This document shows, one piece after another, positions 17,230 through 27,291 of a stretch of DNA of 64,000 bases (positions are counted from its first letter, which is position 1; each line of letters begins with the position of its first letter). The DNA comes from Actinomycetes bacterium (lineage in GTDB: Bacteria > Actinomycetota > Acidimicrobiia > Acidimicrobiales > RAAP-2), in assembly GCA_021845725.1 (NCBI GenBank), contig JAJZVL010000003.1, positions 1,806 to 65,805 on the forward strand, given 5' to 3'. The translations under genes were made by a program, and so were the position numbers. The notes under the pieces are model-generated. The model searched no databases, was not told where the DNA came from, and saw only the letters and a program-made list of their open reading frames with translations.

Positions 17230-17925
17230 GTGAGAGTGGTCGACTGCTCGCACTACTACGACAACGCGATGCCGCTGATGGAGGGCATCGCGCCGCCCGA
17301 GCTCACCGAGCTCGCGACCGTCGAGCGAGACGGCTACGCCATGTCTCGCTACGCTTTCACGAACCACAGTGGCACGCACATCGACGCCCCGGCACATCAG
17401 ATCGACGGAGGAGCCACCCTCGACGAGATCCCGCTGACCCGCTTGGTCACCGAAGCGGCGGTGCTCGATGTCCGTTCGCACGCGCCGGGTCCCATCCCCC
17501 TTCAGGATCTCCACGAGGGCATCGCGGACGTGAGGCCGAACGATCTCGTCCTGTTCTGCTCGGGCAACGACCGGAACTGGGGGACCGCCGCGTACTGGAA
17601 GCAGTGGTGCTACCCGGACGCCGAGGCCTCTCGGGCGCTCATCGCCCGCGGGGTGTCGGGGGTCGGCTTCGACGGGCCGTCGGCCGACCCGGTCGACAGC
17701 GTCACCTACGAGCTGCACCGGATCTGGCTCTCCGCAGGACGTGTGATCCTCGAGAACCTGCGTTCCCTGTCCGCGCTTCCGGCCAGATGCCGTATCGTCT
17801 GTGCGCCGCTGAAGGTGCGCAAGGCGAACGGCGGGCCGGCGCGGGTCCTCGCGTTGGTCGACGAGGACGAGGTCAGCGAGGGGCAGTCCTTCGGAAGCTC
17901 CCCTGCCGCCGGGGTCGCGTCATGA
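17230..17925 (+). CDS. Cyclase-family protein (kynurenine formamidase-like metal hydrolase)
   Basis: HSGTHIDAPAH motif (H-x-G-T-H-x-D-x-P-x-H), approximately 230 aa. ATGA overlap with the next gene. Confidence 0.85.
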   Translation: MRVVDCSHYYDNAMPLMEGIAPPELTELATVERDGYAMSRYAFTNHSGTHIDAPAHQIDGGATLDEIPLTRLVTEAAVLDVRSHAPGPIPLQDLHEGIADVRPNDLVLFCSGNDRNWGTAAYWKQWCYPDAEASRALIARGVSGVGFDGPSADPVDSVTYELHRIWLSAGRVILENLRSLSALPARCRIVCAPLKVRKANGGPARVLALVDEDEVSEGQSFGSSPAAGVAS

Positions 17926-19412
17926 GCGTGGGGACCTCCGAGGGCACGCACGGCGGGCTCCGCCGCGGCGTATTGGGCAGCGCCGACGCGGTCGCCCAGT
18001 CACTCGCGCTCCTCGCGCTGGCCTTCGGTGTCTCGGCCGCGCCGGCCGGTGTTGCCGCGTCGGCCGGGTTCGCAACGCCCTGGGCGTACCTCATCGCCGG
18101 GGTGGGCAGCCTCTGCCTGGCATCGGTGATCGTGCGGTTCACGAAGCGCATCGCGCACGCCGGGGGACTGTACGCGTACACGGTGCGAGGGCTGGGTCCC
18201 CAGACCGGGTTCGTCGCGGGCTGGCTGTACGCGATCGCCTACGCGGTCGGGATCTCGTTCGTGCTCATCATCTCGAGCGACTTCCTGGCGACAGTGCTCG
18301 ACTCGAACACGAGCATCCACCTGAGCTGGTTCACGTGGTACGTGGTGCTGCTCGCGATCATCGTCGTGCTGGCGATGGTCGACATCCGGGTGTCCACGAG
18401 GGTCCAGTTGGTGTTCGCCGTGATCGGCGTTGGTGCCATCGTCTCTTTGTGCGTGGCCATCCTGGCGCACGGGGGAGCGAGCGGTGTGTCGGCCGAGCCG
18501 CTCAATCCTTCCAGGGGACCGTCGATCCACGGGCTCTTCCTCGGTGGCGTGCTCGCCTTCACCGGGTTCATCGGCTTCGAGGCGGCAGCCGTCCTGGGAG
18601 AGGAAGCGGCGAGGCCGCTACGCGTGATCCCCCGCGCCATCCTGGGCACGGTGATCGTCGCGACCGTCTACTACGTCTTCGTCACCTGGGCCATGGCGAT
18701 CGGGTTCGGATCGCACCACATCGGGCAGTGGGTATCGGACGCCACGGCACTGTCGACGCTGTCAGATCGCTACGTGAACCACGGGTTCGCCACCTTCCTC
18801 GACGTCGTCGTCGTGGTGGACGCGTTCGTCGCCGCGCTCGCCGGCGTCCAGCTGACCGCGCGCACGCTGTTCGCACTGGGGCGTGACCGAGGGATCCCCA
18901 CGCTGTTCTCGCTCACGACGCCGCGGTTCAAGAGCCCGTTCGTCGGCATCACGATCTCGGTGCTGCTCACGCTGGTCCTCGGGGCGACGCTCGGCCGCCA
19001 CTACGGCGTGTTCACGTACTTCGCCATGATGGCGACGACGGGGTCCCTTGGCATCCTCTTCGTGTACGTGCTCGTCGCGCTTTCGGGCATGGTGTACTTC
19101 TGGCGCCTTCGCAGCCGCCAGGCACACACGTACAACGTGCTGCTGGATCTGGTGTTCCCCTTGGGGGCGGTGGCCATCTGCGGCTACACGATCTACTCCT
19201 CGATCACCCCGGCGCCGCCTGCGCCCATCAGCTACTCCGTGTGGATCGCCTTGGCGTGGTTGGTGGCGGGGCTCGTCGTCGTCGGGGTCCTGCTCGTCAC
19301 GCGACCCGAGGCAGTGAAGAAGTTCGGGCGGGCGTTCGCTCCCGCACACGAAGGCGACGACGCCACGCCGTCCGCTTCCACGACACCGCCGCTTGCCGAG
19401 GTGCGTGGGTGA
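17922..19412 (+). CDS. APC-superfamily amino acid/polyamine permease
   Basis: 496 aa with approximately 12 TM segments. It starts MSVGTSEGTHGGLRRGVLGSADAVAQSL... The ORF-track start at 17184 is an out-of-context extension that overlaps the cyclase gene. Confidence 0.9.
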   Translation: MSVGTSEGTHGGLRRGVLGSADAVAQSLALLALAFGVSAAPAGVAASAGFATPWAYLIAGVGSLCLASVIVRFTKRIAHAGGLYAYTVRGLGPQTGFVAGWLYAIAYAVGISFVLIISSDFLATVLDSNTSIHLSWFTWYVVLLAIIVVLAMVDIRVSTRVQLVFAVIGVGAIVSLCVAILAHGGASGVSAEPLNPSRGPSIHGLFLGGVLAFTGFIGFEAAAVLGEEAARPLRVIPRAILGTVIVATVYYVFVTWAMAIGFGSHHIGQWVSDATALSTLSDRYVNHGFATFLDVVVVVDAFVAALAGVQLTARTLFALGRDRGIPTLFSLTTPRFKSPFVGITISVLLTLVLGATLGRHYGVFTYFAMMATTGSLGILFVYVLVALSGMVYFWRLRSRQAHTYNVLLDLVFPLGAVAICGYTIYSSITPAPPAPISYSVWIALAWLVAGLVVVGVLLVTRPEAVKKFGRAFAPAHEGDDATPSASTTPPLAEVRG

Positions 19413-20650
19413 ACGATCAAGAGCTCGATTCAATGCCTGATCCCGAGAGGGAGTCGGCAAGGAGGTTGTCCGTGTTCGACATCGACCGAGTCCGCAGCCA
19501 GTTCTCGTCGTTGAGCCAAGGCTTCGTGTTCCTCGACGCCCCGGGCGGCACGCAGGTGCCCGACTCGGTCGGCGCCGCCGTCGCGCAGAACTTTCGGGAA
19601 GCGAGCGGCAACATCGGCTTCCCCTATGAGACGAGCCAGCGGATCGGCGCATTGGTCGACGAGGCCCGGGAACGTTCCTCAGCGTTGCTCGGTTGCAGCG
19701 CTGAGGAGATCGTCTTCGGCGCGAACATGACCTCGCTCAACTTCATGATGTCGCGCACGATCGGCCGGGACCTGTCGCCCGGTGACGAGATCCTGGTCAC
19801 GCGACTCGACCACGACGCCAACGTCGCGCCGTGGCTGGAGCTGGCGCACGACCGTGATCTGATCGTGCGCGAGGTCGACATCCATGACGACACGACCTTG
19901 GACATGGAGGATCTCGAGCGGCTCCTGGGACCGAAGACCAAGGTGGTGGCTTTCCCGCTGGCGTCCAACGCGGTCGGCACCACCGTGGACGCCGCCCAGG
20001 TGGTAGCGCTCGCCCACGCGGCCGGCGCGTTGGCGTGGGTCGACGCGGTGCAGTACGCGCCGCACTTCCCCATCGACGTGCGGGCCCTCGACGCCGACGT
20101 GCTCCTGTGCTCGTCGTACAAGTTCTGCGGTCCGCACCTGGGGATCGCATACGGGCGACGCGAGCTGCTCGAGTCGTGGCGCCCCTACAAGGCTCGGCCG
20201 GTGGGCAACGATCCGGTGGGGCACCGCTTCGAGACGGGAACGCTCCCCTACGAGCTGCTGGCCGCCCTGGTGGCCACCTACGACTACCTCGAAGGGATCG
20301 GGGGGATCGCGGAGGTGGCGGCATGGGAGCGCGAGCTGGGCGAGCGTCTGCTCTCCGGTCTGCCCGAGGGCGCGACGCTCTTCGGATCTCCCACGATGGA
20401 CCACCGGGTCCCCACGTTCCTCGTCAACTTCGAGGGTGTGTCGTCGGATGACCTCTCGGTCGCACTGGCGAAAGAGGGTTTCGGGGTGTGGAGCGGTGAC
20501 AACTACTACGCGCTGGGCCTTTACGACCGGATGGCGTGGGGCTCCGCCCTGCGTATCGGGCTTGCCCACTACAACTCGCTCGAGGAGATCGACCGGTTCA
20601 ACGATGCCCTCGCCGCGCTCGTGAAGAACGGGGTCGGTCGACGGAGCTGA
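19409..20650 (+). CDS. Class-V PLP-dependent aminotransferase, cysteine desulfurase-like
   Basis: FLDAPGGTQVP, TRLDHDANVAPW, CSSYKFCGPHLG (PLP-lysine region) and RIGLAHYNSLEEIDRF. GTG 19409 overlaps the permease stop. ATG 19433 is an alternative start. Confidence 0.85.
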   Translation: MNDQELDSMPDPERESARRLSVFDIDRVRSQFSSLSQGFVFLDAPGGTQVPDSVGAAVAQNFREASGNIGFPYETSQRIGALVDEARERSSALLGCSAEEIVFGANMTSLNFMMSRTIGRDLSPGDEILVTRLDHDANVAPWLELAHDRDLIVREVDIHDDTTLDMEDLERLLGPKTKVVAFPLASNAVGTTVDAAQVVALAHAAGALAWVDAVQYAPHFPIDVRALDADVLLCSSYKFCGPHLGIAYGRRELLESWRPYKARPVGNDPVGHRFETGTLPYELLAALVATYDYLEGIGGIAEVAAWERELGERLLSGLPEGATLFGSPTMDHRVPTFLVNFEGVSSDDLSVALAKEGFGVWSGDNYYALGLYDRMAWGSALRIGLAHYNSLEEIDRFNDALAALVKNGVGRRS

Positions 20651-20694
20651 GCGGAAGCTCAGCGGACATCGACTGCACGGCCACTGGCGTCGAC

Positions 20695-21963
20695 ATGGAG
20701 CGAGACACGAGCGTGCGCCTCTTCGGAGATCCGGCGAAGACGATCGGCGCGCGGGCAGCCGGGCGGACCGTCCTGCGCGCACGGACGGTGGTTGCGGGCG
20801 CCGCGCTGAAGCCCTTGCACGACGCCGTGGTCGTGATCGACGACGGTCTTGTCTCCGCTGTAGAGCCAGCGGGACCTGAGCACGCCGTCGACGTCGATCT
20901 GGGGGATGCGACGCTGGTCCCCGGCCTGATCGACGCCCATGTGCATCTCGCCAGCGACTCGGGCCCGAGGTTCGGCGGGGTTCCCGACGAGTCGCGCCTG
21001 CTCCTGCTCGCGATATCGAACGCCCAGCGTTTCCTGCGTGCGGGCGTGACCACGGTTCGCGACCTCGGGTCTCCCTTCGCAGTGGGCTCTGGCCTGCGCG
21101 ATGGGATCGACACGGGACTGGTGATCGGCCCGAGGGTGCTGGCCGCCAACCGCGTGATCACGATCACCGGTGGTCATGGTCATCACATGGGCCTCGAGTG
21201 TGACGACATCGGCGAGCTCCGGCGCGCCGTGCGGCAGCTTGCGAAGGACGGGTCGGACTGGGTCAAGGTCATGGCATCCGGCGGCTTCGTCCACGCCCGT
21301 CGGTCAGAGGGCGACGCCCCTTTCTTCCCGCTCTTCGATCTGACTGAGATGCGGATGATCGTCGAGGAGGCCCATCGCTTCGGGATGCGCGTGGCGGCCC
21401 ACTGCCAGAACCGCGACGCCATTGCCGTGGCATTCGAGGGCGGCGTCGATACCATCGAGCACTGCACGTTCGCCGCCAAGCCTCAGGCGGTGCTCGACGA
21501 GGCGCTCGTGCGCGCCATTGCCGAGCGTGGGACCTTCGTGGTGCCGACCACGAACAACTACTGGCTCACGGTGGGGGTGCCCTGGGCTCCGAAGGACGTC
21601 GCGCTCGCCAATCTGCGTCGGCTCTACGACCTCGGCGTACGGCTCGTGGCCGGGACCGATGCAGGGATCCCGACCACGACGCCGGACCTGTACGCCGAAG
21701 GGCTCCGGGTGTTTGCCGAGATCGGGATGCCCCTGACCGAGGTCCTGGCCGCCGCGACCACGCTGGCGGCTGAGGCGGTCGGCATCTCCGACGTCACCGG
21801 TTCGATCACCCCTGGCCTCTCAGCCGATCTCGTGGCGTTGGACGGGGACCCGCTCACCGACGTCGACGCGTACAACCGGCCGCGCGCCGTGGTCGTCCGC
21901 GGCGTCCTCGTGCCCCTCGGTCCTGGATGGCAGAGGGCTCCGGGACGGGGGGCCGGTCAGTGA
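20695..21963 (+). CDS. Amidohydrolase (imidazolonepropionase-like metal-dependent hydrolase)
   Basis: LVPGLIDAHVHL, VKVMASGG, AAHCQN and LVAGTDAG. Confidence 0.85.
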   Translation: MERDTSVRLFGDPAKTIGARAAGRTVLRARTVVAGAALKPLHDAVVVIDDGLVSAVEPAGPEHAVDVDLGDATLVPGLIDAHVHLASDSGPRFGGVPDESRLLLLAISNAQRFLRAGVTTVRDLGSPFAVGSGLRDGIDTGLVIGPRVLAANRVITITGGHGHHMGLECDDIGELRRAVRQLAKDGSDWVKVMASGGFVHARRSEGDAPFFPLFDLTEMRMIVEEAHRFGMRVAAHCQNRDAIAVAFEGGVDTIEHCTFAAKPQAVLDEALVRAIAERGTFVVPTTNNYWLTVGVPWAPKDVALANLRRLYDLGVRLVAGTDAGIPTTTPDLYAEGLRVFAEIGMPLTEVLAAATTLAAEAVGISDVTGSITPGLSADLVALDGDPLTDVDAYNRPRAVVVRGVLVPLGPGWQRAPGRGAGQ

Positions 21964-23345
21964 CGCTCGTGCTGCGAGACGTGACCGTCGTCGATCTTCA
22001 CGCCCGCCGTACGGTACGGGGCTGCTCGGTGCACGTCCACGGAGACAGGATCATGAAGGTCACCGGCCCGGGATTCGGCGGGGACCTTGCCGGCACGGGC
22101 ACAGGTCCCGCGGGAGAGGACGGCGCGCATGTCGACATCGTCGACTGCGGCGGCCGCTACCTCCTTCCCGGGCTGACGGACGTGCACGTGCACCTGCGGG
22201 CCGCGCCGCACGAGGGACCGCACTCCGATCCTCGCCAGCTGGTTGGTCGCAGCGTACCCAGCGTCGGTGACCTCCTACCGGTGCTCCACGGCTACCTCTT
22301 CTGCGGCGTGACGTCACTCTTCGACGCGGGGAACTTCGGCACCCTGATGTGGCCGCTGCGCGAGGAGGAGCGGAGCGGCCGGCTGCTCTCGCCCCGTATC
22401 CATTGTGCCGGCCCCTTCGTGACGTGCACGGGAGGTCACGGGTCGGAGCTGGCCGAGAGCGTGCCGGTCGACGCCCTCCCAGGCGACGAGCCGCAGCTGC
22501 GGGCCCACCTCGGCCACCGGCCCGATCTGGTGAAGATCACCTACGACGAGCACAACTGGGGTATCCGTCCCCTCATCGCGATCCTGCCGCCGGAGGTCCT
22601 CGGGGGGATCATCGAGATCGTCCATGACGCGGGCCTTCGAGCGACGGTCCACGTGTCCAACGAGCTCCGAGCCCGCGAGGCCGTCGACCGCGGTGCCGAT
22701 GCGCTGGCGCATCCCGTGATCCAGTCCCCGGTCACCGAGGAATTCGCCGCTCGTCTGGCGCTCCAGCAGGTCCCGATCGCCAGCACGCTGGCCATCGGAG
22801 AGCGCTACGTGCGCCTGGCCGACCATCCGGACTTCGTCGACTCCGCCATGTACGTCCATTGCCTCTCTCCCGCCGAGCGCGAGCGTCTCAGGACCGTCGA
22901 GCACCAGACGCAGCGAACGAACCGGTGGGCCGATTGGATGCGCGTCATGACCCCGGTCGCTCAGGAGAACGTGCGCAGGGTGGTGGAGGCCGGCGGCATC
23001 GTCGCATCCGGGTCGGACCTCTCCTTGGGCCCTGACCTGCTCCACGAGCTCGAGCTGTTGCAGGACGCGGGGATCGATCCATGGGACGTCCTGGCGAGCG
23101 CGACGACGAGCGCGGCGCGCTACCTGGGCGTAGAGGAGCACCTGGGAACGGTCGAGGCCGGCAAGTTGGCCGACCTCGTCCTGGTCGACCGAGACCCGAC
23201 CACCGACGTCTCTCGGTTGACGGAGATCTCGATGGTCGTGAAGGGAGGGCAGATCGTCGACCCCTCATCTCTCTTTCTCGCGGGGGAACCGCCGATGCGA
23301 TCCGCCGCACCGGGGCGGCCGTCGGCGAGCAACGTGGCGACGTAA
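21960..23345 (+). CDS. Amidohydrolase, second paralogous-type copy
   Basis: LLPGLTDVHVHL, DLVKITYDE, RATVHVSN and VASGSDLS. GTGA overlap with the preceding amidohydrolase. Confidence 0.85.
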   Translation: MTLVLRDVTVVDLHARRTVRGCSVHVHGDRIMKVTGPGFGGDLAGTGTGPAGEDGAHVDIVDCGGRYLLPGLTDVHVHLRAAPHEGPHSDPRQLVGRSVPSVGDLLPVLHGYLFCGVTSLFDAGNFGTLMWPLREEERSGRLLSPRIHCAGPFVTCTGGHGSELAESVPVDALPGDEPQLRAHLGHRPDLVKITYDEHNWGIRPLIAILPPEVLGGIIEIVHDAGLRATVHVSNELRAREAVDRGADALAHPVIQSPVTEEFAARLALQQVPIASTLAIGERYVRLADHPDFVDSAMYVHCLSPAERERLRTVEHQTQRTNRWADWMRVMTPVAQENVRRVVEAGGIVASGSDLSLGPDLLHELELLQDAGIDPWDVLASATTSAARYLGVEEHLGTVEAGKLADLVLVDRDPTTDVSRLTEISMVVKGGQIVDPSSLFLAGEPPMRSAAPGRPSASNVAT

Positions 23346-23408
23346 CGACGCAGCGACTCGATGCAGGTTGATCACGAAACGACATCACGAAGAGAGGAAG
23401 GACTACCC

Positions 23409-25244
23409 ATGAAGCCAATGTTCTGCCGATGGAAGTCGTGGCTCGGGCCGAGCGCGGCGACCGCGATCACCGTGTCACTGGTGGCCGCCATGTCGGTGGC
23501 CGACGCGACGGGAGCATCCGCGGCGACCAGGAAGCACGCGACAGCCTCCAAAGGGGCGGTTGTCACCATGGCCGAGGGTGCGCAGGGGACCCCGAACAAC
23601 ATCATGCCGTTCGTGTCCGGCGCCAACAACTCGCAGGCCAACACGAACCTGCAGGAGCAGATGTGGCCCACGCTGTACACGATCGGCACGGCGAGAAACG
23701 TCAACGCGATCAACGGACCCTTGAGCCTGGCCGAGCCGCCCGTCTACAGCAATGGAGACACCCAGGTGAGCGTCACGCTCAAGCCCTACAAGTGGTCGGA
23801 CGGCACCTCGCTCACGGCCCGGGACGTCACGTTCTTCATGAACATCCTGAAGGCGAACAAGACAAGCTGGGCGCACTACACGCCGGGCGATATGCCGACA
23901 AACGTGGTCAGTTGGACGGCAAAGGGTGCCAATACCGTTGTATTCAAGCTGAACCGGGCATACAACCCGACCTGGTTCACCGATGACGAGCTCGCGTACA
24001 TCGTCCCGATGCCCCAGCAGGCGTGGGACAAGGAATCGGCTGCAGGGGCAGTCGGCACATACGACCTCACGACCGCGGGGGCAAAGGCCGTCTACAACTT
24101 CTTGAACACGCAAGGCGAGAACACTGCGACCTACGGTTCGAACCCGCTGTGGCAGGTGGTGGACGGAGCTTGGAAGATCAAGCAGTACACAAGCAACGGG
24201 TTCGTCGCTCTCGTGCCGAACACGGCGTACTCCGGCCCCGACAAGCCGAAGATCGCCAAGTTCGAAGAGGAGCCGTTCACGTCCTCGACAGCCGAATTCA
24301 ACGCGCTGCTGGGCGGAAACTTGGACATCGGCTACGTGCCTCTCAATGACCTTGCAGAGAAGGCGCGGGTCCAGGGTGCCGGGTACCGTCCGGTGCGTTC
24401 CGAGCTCGTCGCGGTGAACATGCTCTCGCTCAACTACTCCAGTCCGGTCGTCGGGCCGCTGGTCGAGCAGCTCTACATCCGCAAGGCGCTGAACGACGTG
24501 ATGGACCAGCCCGCGCAGATCTCGGCCATCTTGCACGGGTCGGGCGGGTACGTGGACTACGGTCCGATCCCGACCGTGCCGAAGACCCCGTACATGGCGG
24601 CGATCCAGAAGAAGAGCCCGTTCGACATCGCCGCTGCGCGAAAGCTGCTCATTTCCCACGGATGGAAGATCCCTTCGAACGGAGCAGCCGAATGCGTTCG
24701 CCCGGGGACGGGACCTTCGGAGTGTGGCGCCGGGATCGCCAAAGGTAAGACCTTGACCTTTTCGCTCGTCTATGTGAGCGGCAGTGGTTACCTGACAGCG
24801 ACCATGGAGAACTACAAGAGTGACGCGAGCGAGGCCGGTATCGTGCTGAACCTCTCGCAGCAGCCGTTCAACTCCATCGTCGGGGACATCTGCGGCACGC
24901 CGACATGCGACAGTCCCGGGTGGCAGATCGCCAACTGGGGCGCAGGGTTCTCGTGGAACTTCGGCTCGCCTTACCCGGTTGGAGCGACCATGTTCGAGGG
25001 GCATGTCGGGCTGGACTACCCGGTCCCGAAGAAGCTCGAGTCGCTCATCACCGCCACGGAGACCGCTCCGGTGTCCAAGACGGCGACGGCGATGAAGGCC
25101 TATGACTCTTGGGTGATCAAGAACGACCCCGAGGTCTGGCAGATCGAGACGTACACCTTGAATGCCGTGTCGAACAAGCTGAAGGGAGTCACGTTCTACC
25201 CGGTGACGGGGAACGTCTTCCCGCAGGACTTCGCAGTGAAGTAG
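23409..25244 (+). CDS. ABC transporter substrate-binding protein, family 5 (peptide/nickel/opine type)
   Basis: Signal-like N-terminus MKPMFCRWKSWLGPSAATAITVSLVAAMSVADA. Approximately 610 aa with a family-5 body (KWSDGTSLTARDVTFF). SD GAGGAAGG lies upstream of ATG 23409. Confidence 0.9.
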   Translation: MKPMFCRWKSWLGPSAATAITVSLVAAMSVADATGASAATRKHATASKGAVVTMAEGAQGTPNNIMPFVSGANNSQANTNLQEQMWPTLYTIGTARNVNAINGPLSLAEPPVYSNGDTQVSVTLKPYKWSDGTSLTARDVTFFMNILKANKTSWAHYTPGDMPTNVVSWTAKGANTVVFKLNRAYNPTWFTDDELAYIVPMPQQAWDKESAAGAVGTYDLTTAGAKAVYNFLNTQGENTATYGSNPLWQVVDGAWKIKQYTSNGFVALVPNTAYSGPDKPKIAKFEEEPFTSSTAEFNALLGGNLDIGYVPLNDLAEKARVQGAGYRPVRSELVAVNMLSLNYSSPVVGPLVEQLYIRKALNDVMDQPAQISAILHGSGGYVDYGPIPTVPKTPYMAAIQKKSPFDIAAARKLLISHGWKIPSNGAAECVRPGTGPSECGAGIAKGKTLTFSLVYVSGSGYLTATMENYKSDASEAGIVLNLSQQPFNSIVGDICGTPTCDSPGWQIANWGAGFSWNFGSPYPVGATMFEGHVGLDYPVPKKLESLITATETAPVSKTATAMKAYDSWVIKNDPEVWQIETYTLNAVSNKLKGVTFYPVTGNVFPQDFAVK

Positions 25245-25287
25245 AGTACGGCTCTTGGTCCGCATGGAACTTGGGCCCGCATTCTTC

Positions 25288-25323
25288 GGCGTGGGTCGCC
25301 ATCGGCTGGTGGCGACCCACGCC
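25288..25323 (+). terminator. Perfect 14-bp-stem hairpin between the binding-protein gene and the permease genes; partial terminator or mRNA-stabilising element
   Basis: GGCGTGGGTCGCCA (25288-25301), loop TCGGCTGG, TGGCGACCCACGCC (25310-25323), followed by ACGTCTTCGGTCTGTT. Confidence 0.55.
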
Positions 25324-25396
25324 ACGTCTTCGGTCTGTTGCCCTCACGTGCCGGAACCCAGGGTGTCTGGGAACGCTGGAATCGAAAGAGCAGGTC

Positions 25397-26347
25397 ATGA
25401 TCGCGTTCCTCATTAGGCGAGTCGGTCAAGCGTGCATCGTCGTGGTGGGGGTCTCGCTCATCGTCTTTCTGATCACGCACATGCTGCCCGGCAGCCCAGC
25501 CCGGGCGATCCTGGGGATCCAGGCCACGCCCGAGGCAGTCCGGAAGTTCAACGAAGCCAACGGGTACGACAAGCCGATCTTCATCCAGTTCGTCGTGTAC
25601 TGGCAGCATCTTCTCAGTGGCAATCTCGGCTTCTCGTACAAGAAGGACCTTCCGGTCCGGACCCTGATCGCCGACGACGCCCCGAAGACCCTGCTCCTCG
25701 TCGGGCTCGGCTTCTTCTTCGCGTTCTTGGTGGGGATCCCGATCGGACTTTGGCAGGCGGTCCGCCGCAACAGGCTCGACGATCACTTCTTGACGTCGCT
25801 CTCCTTCGTCGGCTATTCGATGCCGGTGTTCTGGCTGGGCATGCTGCTGATCTGGCTGCTCGCAGTCTCGCACCACGTGTTCCCGGCCGAGTCGCCTCCA
25901 GCCGCGACGGTAGGGCAGGTGCTCGCTCATCCGGTCAGCCTGGTGCTGCCGGTTGCCACCCTGAGCGTCGTCGAGGCACCGGGGGTGATCCGGTTCATGC
26001 GCTCGGCAGCGATCGAGAACCTGGCCGAGGACTACGTGAGGACCGCGACGGCCAAAGGGGCTCCCAGGGTACGGATCGTGCTGGTCCACGTGCTGCGCAA
26101 CTCGCTCCTGCCGGTGATCACCCTGATCGGCCTCACGCTGCCATTGGTGCTGTCAGGGTCGATCGTCGTGGAGACCGTCTTCAACTATCCGGGAATGGGG
26201 CTGCTCATGTGGACAGCGGCCCAGTCGCGCGACTACCCGACGTTGCTGGGCGGCGCGATCGTGATCGGCATCGCGACCGTCGTGGGCTCATTGCTCGCCG
26301 ATGTGCTCTACGCCATCGTGGACCCGAGAGTGAGGCTCACGCGATGA
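25397..26347 (+). CDS. ABC transporter permease (DppB/OppB type)
   Basis: MIAFLIRRVGQACIVVVGVSLIVFLITHMLPGSPA and EDYVRTATAKGAPR (EAA loop). ATGA overlap with the next gene. Confidence 0.9.
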   Translation: MIAFLIRRVGQACIVVVGVSLIVFLITHMLPGSPARAILGIQATPEAVRKFNEANGYDKPIFIQFVVYWQHLLSGNLGFSYKKDLPVRTLIADDAPKTLLLVGLGFFFAFLVGIPIGLWQAVRRNRLDDHFLTSLSFVGYSMPVFWLGMLLIWLLAVSHHVFPAESPPAATVGQVLAHPVSLVLPVATLSVVEAPGVIRFMRSAAIENLAEDYVRTATAKGAPRVRIVLVHVLRNSLLPVITLIGLTLPLVLSGSIVVETVFNYPGMGLLMWTAAQSRDYPTLLGGAIVIGIATVVGSLLADVLYAIVDPRVRLTR

Positions 26348-27270
26348 GCCAGGCGACGGCCCTCACGCCCAGCGACGTCTCCGGGGCCCCGCGGTCGGCG
26401 ACCACGCCTGTACGTGTCCGTGCAGCAAGGCTGCTGCGGGTGATCGGCCGGTGGTGCCGGTCTCACAAGCTGGGTTTCGCAGGTCTGGTGGTCATCGTGC
26501 TCCTGACGCTCTTCAGCTTCGTGGGTCCGCTCATCTACCACACCGACCAGGTGCACACGCACCTGACGGAGGTGAACCTGCCGCCGAGCGCAATCCATCC
26601 GCTCGGCACGGACAACGTCGGGTATGACATCCTCGGGCGGCTCATGGAAGGCGGGCAGTCCTCCCTGGAGGTCGGGTTCGCTGCGGCCCTGCTGGCCAGC
26701 TGCATCGGGACCCTGTGGGGGGCGATCTCCGGGTATGTCGGGGGCTGGGTGGACGCACTGATGATGCGCGTCGTCGACTCGGCCTTTGCGATCCCTCCAC
26801 TCCTTCTGCTGCTCTTGCTCGGGACGATCTTCACCCCGTCGGTGCCGGAGCTGATCGTCGTGCTGGGCCTGGTGTCGTGGCTGATCACCGCCCGGCTGGT
26901 TCGGGGCGATTCGCTATCGCTGCGGACCAGGGAGTACGTCCAGGCGGCGATGTCCGCGGGCGCCAAGCGGCCTCGCGTCGTGGTGCGCCACGTCATCCCG
27001 AACGCGCTGGGCACCATCGTGGTGCAGAGCACGTTCGAGGTGGCGAACGCCATCCTCCTCCTTGCGTCCCTCAGCTTCCTGGGCCTGGGTCCGGCACCGC
27101 CGGCGGCGAACTGGGGAGCGATGCTCAGCAACGGGCTGAACTACATCTACGCGGGGTACTGGTGGCAGATCTATCCGGCCGGACTGGCCATCGTGATCAC
27201 CGTGCTGGCCTTCAACATGCTCGCGGAGTCCGTGCGGGACTCGTTCGAGACCCGGCTCGCCCGGGTCTGA
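26344..27270 (+). CDS. ABC transporter permease (DppC/OppC type)
   Basis: HPLGTDNVGYDILGRL and REYVQAAMSAGAKRPRVVVRHVIPN. The ORF-track start at 25432 is an out-of-frame-context extension. Confidence 0.9.
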   Translation: MSQATALTPSDVSGAPRSATTPVRVRAARLLRVIGRWCRSHKLGFAGLVVIVLLTLFSFVGPLIYHTDQVHTHLTEVNLPPSAIHPLGTDNVGYDILGRLMEGGQSSLEVGFAAALLASCIGTLWGAISGYVGGWVDALMMRVVDSAFAIPPLLLLLLLGTIFTPSVPELIVVLGLVSWLITARLVRGDSLSLRTREYVQAAMSAGAKRPRVVVRHVIPNALGTIVVQSTFEVANAILLLASLSFLGLGPAPPAANWGAMLSNGLNYIYAGYWWQIYPAGLAIVITVLAFNMLAESVRDSFETRLARV

Positions 27271-27291
27271 GACCACCTGATCCAGCGTGCC

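Noticed and set aside
23475-25325. 616-aa antisense ORF covering the family-5 binding-protein gene. Similar cases are 4359-5849, 15858-17090, 16489-17718, 42659-44719, 46015-47640, 49772-51505 and 51469-52797.
   Set aside because: All lie opposite or out of frame to genes with strong family motifs. They show Arg/His/Asp-rich composition and lack SD sequences or coupling, so they are treated as GC-driven artefacts.
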